The position numbers and the translations under genes were made by a program. From positions 3,269,112 through 3,333,111 of the forward strand of contig NC_090383.1 in assembly GCF_036365525.1 (NCBI RefSeq): 64,000 nt of DNA. Reading direction: 5' to 3'. Source of the DNA: Heterodontus francisci (lineage: Eukaryota). Positions 61,516 to 64,000 of this stretch are shown in pieces (the first letter of the stretch is position 1; every line of letters starts with the position of its first letter). The notes under the pieces were generated by a model. That model had not been told where the DNA came from. It did not search any database and saw nothing but the letters and a program-made list of their open reading frames with translations.

Positions 61516-64000
61516 CTGATGAATGTTGGGGTACAGTTTCAATAGACGGACGAATGTTGGGGTACAGTTTTAATGGACTGACGAATGCTGGGGTACAGTT
61601 TTAATGGGCTGACGAATGTTGGGGGACAGTTTCAATAGACTGAAGAATGCTGGGGTACAGTTTTATTAGACTGACGAATGTTGGGGTACAGTTTCAATAG
61701 ATTGACGAATGCTGGGGTACAGTTTCAATGGACTGACGAATGCTGGGGTACAGTTTTATTAGACTGATGAATGTTGGAGTACAGTTTCAATGGACTGACG
61801 AATGCTGGGGTACAGTTTCAATAGATTGACGAATGCTGGGGTACAGTTTCAATGGACTGACGAATGCTGGGGTACAGTTTTATTAGACTGATGAATGTTG
61901 GGGTACAGTTTCAATGGACTGACGAATGCTGGGGTACAGTTTTAATGGACTGACGAATGCTGGGGTACAGTTTCAATGGACTGACGAATGCTGGGGTACA
62001 GTTTTATTAGACTGATAAATGTTGGGGTACAGTTTTAATGGACTGACGAATGCTGGGGTACAGTTTCAATTGACTGACGAATGCTGGGGAACAGTTTCAA
62101 TTGACTGACGAATGCTGGGGTACAGTTTCAATAGACTGACGAATGTTGGGGTACAGTTTCAATAGACTGACGAATGCTGGGGTACAGTTTCAATTGACTG
62201 ACGAATGCTGGGGAACAGTTTCAATTGACTGACGAATGTTGGGGTACAGTTTCAATAGACTGACGAATGCTGGGGTACAGTTTCAATAGACTGACGAATG
62301 TTGGGGTACAGTTTCAATAGACTGACGAATGCTGGGGTACAGTTTTAAGACTGACGAATGCTGGGGTACAGTTTCAATGGACTGACGAATGTTGGGGGAC
62401 AGTTTCAATAGACTGAAGAATGCTGGGGTACAGTTTTATTAGACTGACCAATGCTGGGGAACAGTTTCAATGGACTGACGAATGCTGGGGTACAGTTTTA
62501 TTAGACTGACGAATGTTGGGGTACAGTTTCAATGGACTGACTAATTTTGGGGTACAGTTTTATTAGACTGACGAATGTTGGGGTACAGTTTTAATGGACT
62601 GACGAATGCTGGGGTACAGTTTCAATAGACGGATGAATGTTGGGGTACAATTTCAATAGATTGACGAATGCTGGGGTACAGTTTTATTAGACTGATGAAT
62701 GTTGGGGGACAGTTTCAATAGACTGAAGAATGCTGGGGTACAGTTTTATTAGACTGACCAATGCTGGGGAACAGTTTCAATGGACTGACGAATGCTGGGG
62801 TACAGTTTCAATAGACTGAAGAATGCTGGGGTACAGTTTTATTAGACTGATGAATGTTGGGGGACAGTTTCAATAGACTGACGAATTTTGGGGCACAGTT
62901 TTAATGGACTGGCGAATGTTGGGGGACAGTTTCAGTAGACTGACGAATTTTGGGGGACAGTTTCAATAGACTGAAGAATGCTGGGGTACAGTTTTATTAG
63001 ACTGATGAATGTTGGGGTACAGTTTCAATGGACTGACGAATGCTGGGGTACAGTTTTATTAGACTGATGAATGTTGGGGTACAGTTTCAATGGACTGACG
63101 AATGCTGGGGTACAGTTTTATTAGACTGATAAATGTTGGGGGACAGTTTCAATAGACTGACGAATGCTGGGGTACAGTTTTATTAGACTGATGAATGTTG
63201 GGGTACAGTTTTAATGGACTGGCGAATGTTGGGGGACAGTTTCAATAGGCTGACGAATTTTGGGGGACAGTTTCAATAGACTGAAGAATGCTGGGGTACA
63301 GTTTTATTAGACTGATGAATGTTGGGGTACAGTTTCAATGGACTGACGAATGCTGGGGTACAGTTTCATTAGACTGACGAATGCTGGGGTACAGTTTCAA
63401 TGGACTGACGAATGCTGGGGTACAGTTTTATTAGACTGACGAATGTTGGGGTACAGTTTCAATGGACTGACGAATGCTGGGGTACAGTTTTATTAGACTG
63501 ACGAATGTTGGGGTACAGTTTCAATAGATTGACGAATGCTGGGGTACAGTTTTATTAGACTGACGAATGTTGGGGTACAGTTTCAATGGACTGACGAATG
63601 CTGGGGTACAGTTTTATTAGACTGACGAATGTTGGGGTACAGTTTCAATAGACTGACGAATGCTGGGGTACAGTTTCAATGGACTGACGAATGCTGGGGT
63701 ACAGTTTTATTAGACTGACGAATGTTGGGGTACAGTTTCAATAGACTGGCGAATGTTGGGGTACAGTTTTAATAGACTGAAAAATGTTGGGGTACAGTTT
63801 TAATAGACGGACGAATGCTGGGGTACAGTTTCAATAGACTGATGAATGTTGGGGTACAGTTTCAATAGACTAAAAAATGCTGGGGTACAGTTTCAATAGA
63901 CTGACGAATGCTGGGGTACAGTTTCAATTGTTTGACGAATGTTGGGGTACAGTTTTAATGGACTGAAAAATGTTGGGGTACAGTTTTAATAGACGGACGA
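61516..64000. repeat. Tandem array of a 31-bp unit (about 80 copies, runs off the window), consensus GACTGACGAATGYTGGGGTACAGTTTCAATR
   Basis: Directly visible. Recurrent variants end in tttcaatag, tttcaatgg or ttttattag. Confidence 0.98.

Noticed and set aside
61516-64000. CTGANGA (CTGACGA, CTGATGA, CTGAAGA) in most units, suggesting a hammerhead satellite
   Set aside because: No GAAA box on the same strand (GAAAC occurs only on the opposite strand) and no stems I-III. The T variant is explained by CpG decay.
9000-64000. SPRED2 exons, expected from human synteny on the minus strand
   Set aside because: No EVH1 or Cys-rich Sprouty-domain coding sequence recognised; the gene may lie beyond the window.

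Overview
Eukaryotic, vertebrate DNA; the repeat content (HE1-like V-SINEs, Deu-domain SINEs, abundant CR1) points to a shark or ray, which is inferred rather than shown. The only host gene recognised is the 3' end of ACTR2 (Arp2) on the + strand: coding exons 223-355 and 7681-7851, a 7.3-kb TE-filled last intron, and a 3' UTR. The rest is intergenic and holds CR1, L2, RTE and a second CR1-group LINE family, often nested with clear target-site duplications (TSDs). It also holds tRNA-headed SINEs, MITE-like elements and two large minisatellites: about 14.7 kb of a 34-bp C-rich unit with higher-order repeats, apparently inside a TIR element, and at least 2.5 kb of a 31-bp unit. The most notable signal is a set of short Penelope-like remnants carrying minimal type I hammerhead ribozyme motifs; two form inverted-repeat cassettes, and one has a hammerhead on each strand. 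Other oddities are an in-frame CR1-RT/RTE-zinc-finger chimeric ORF, a 156-bp inverted templated insertion and a 1-kb element with ~230-bp inverted arms. All alignments were made by eye, so TE boundaries are approximate unless a TSD is given.
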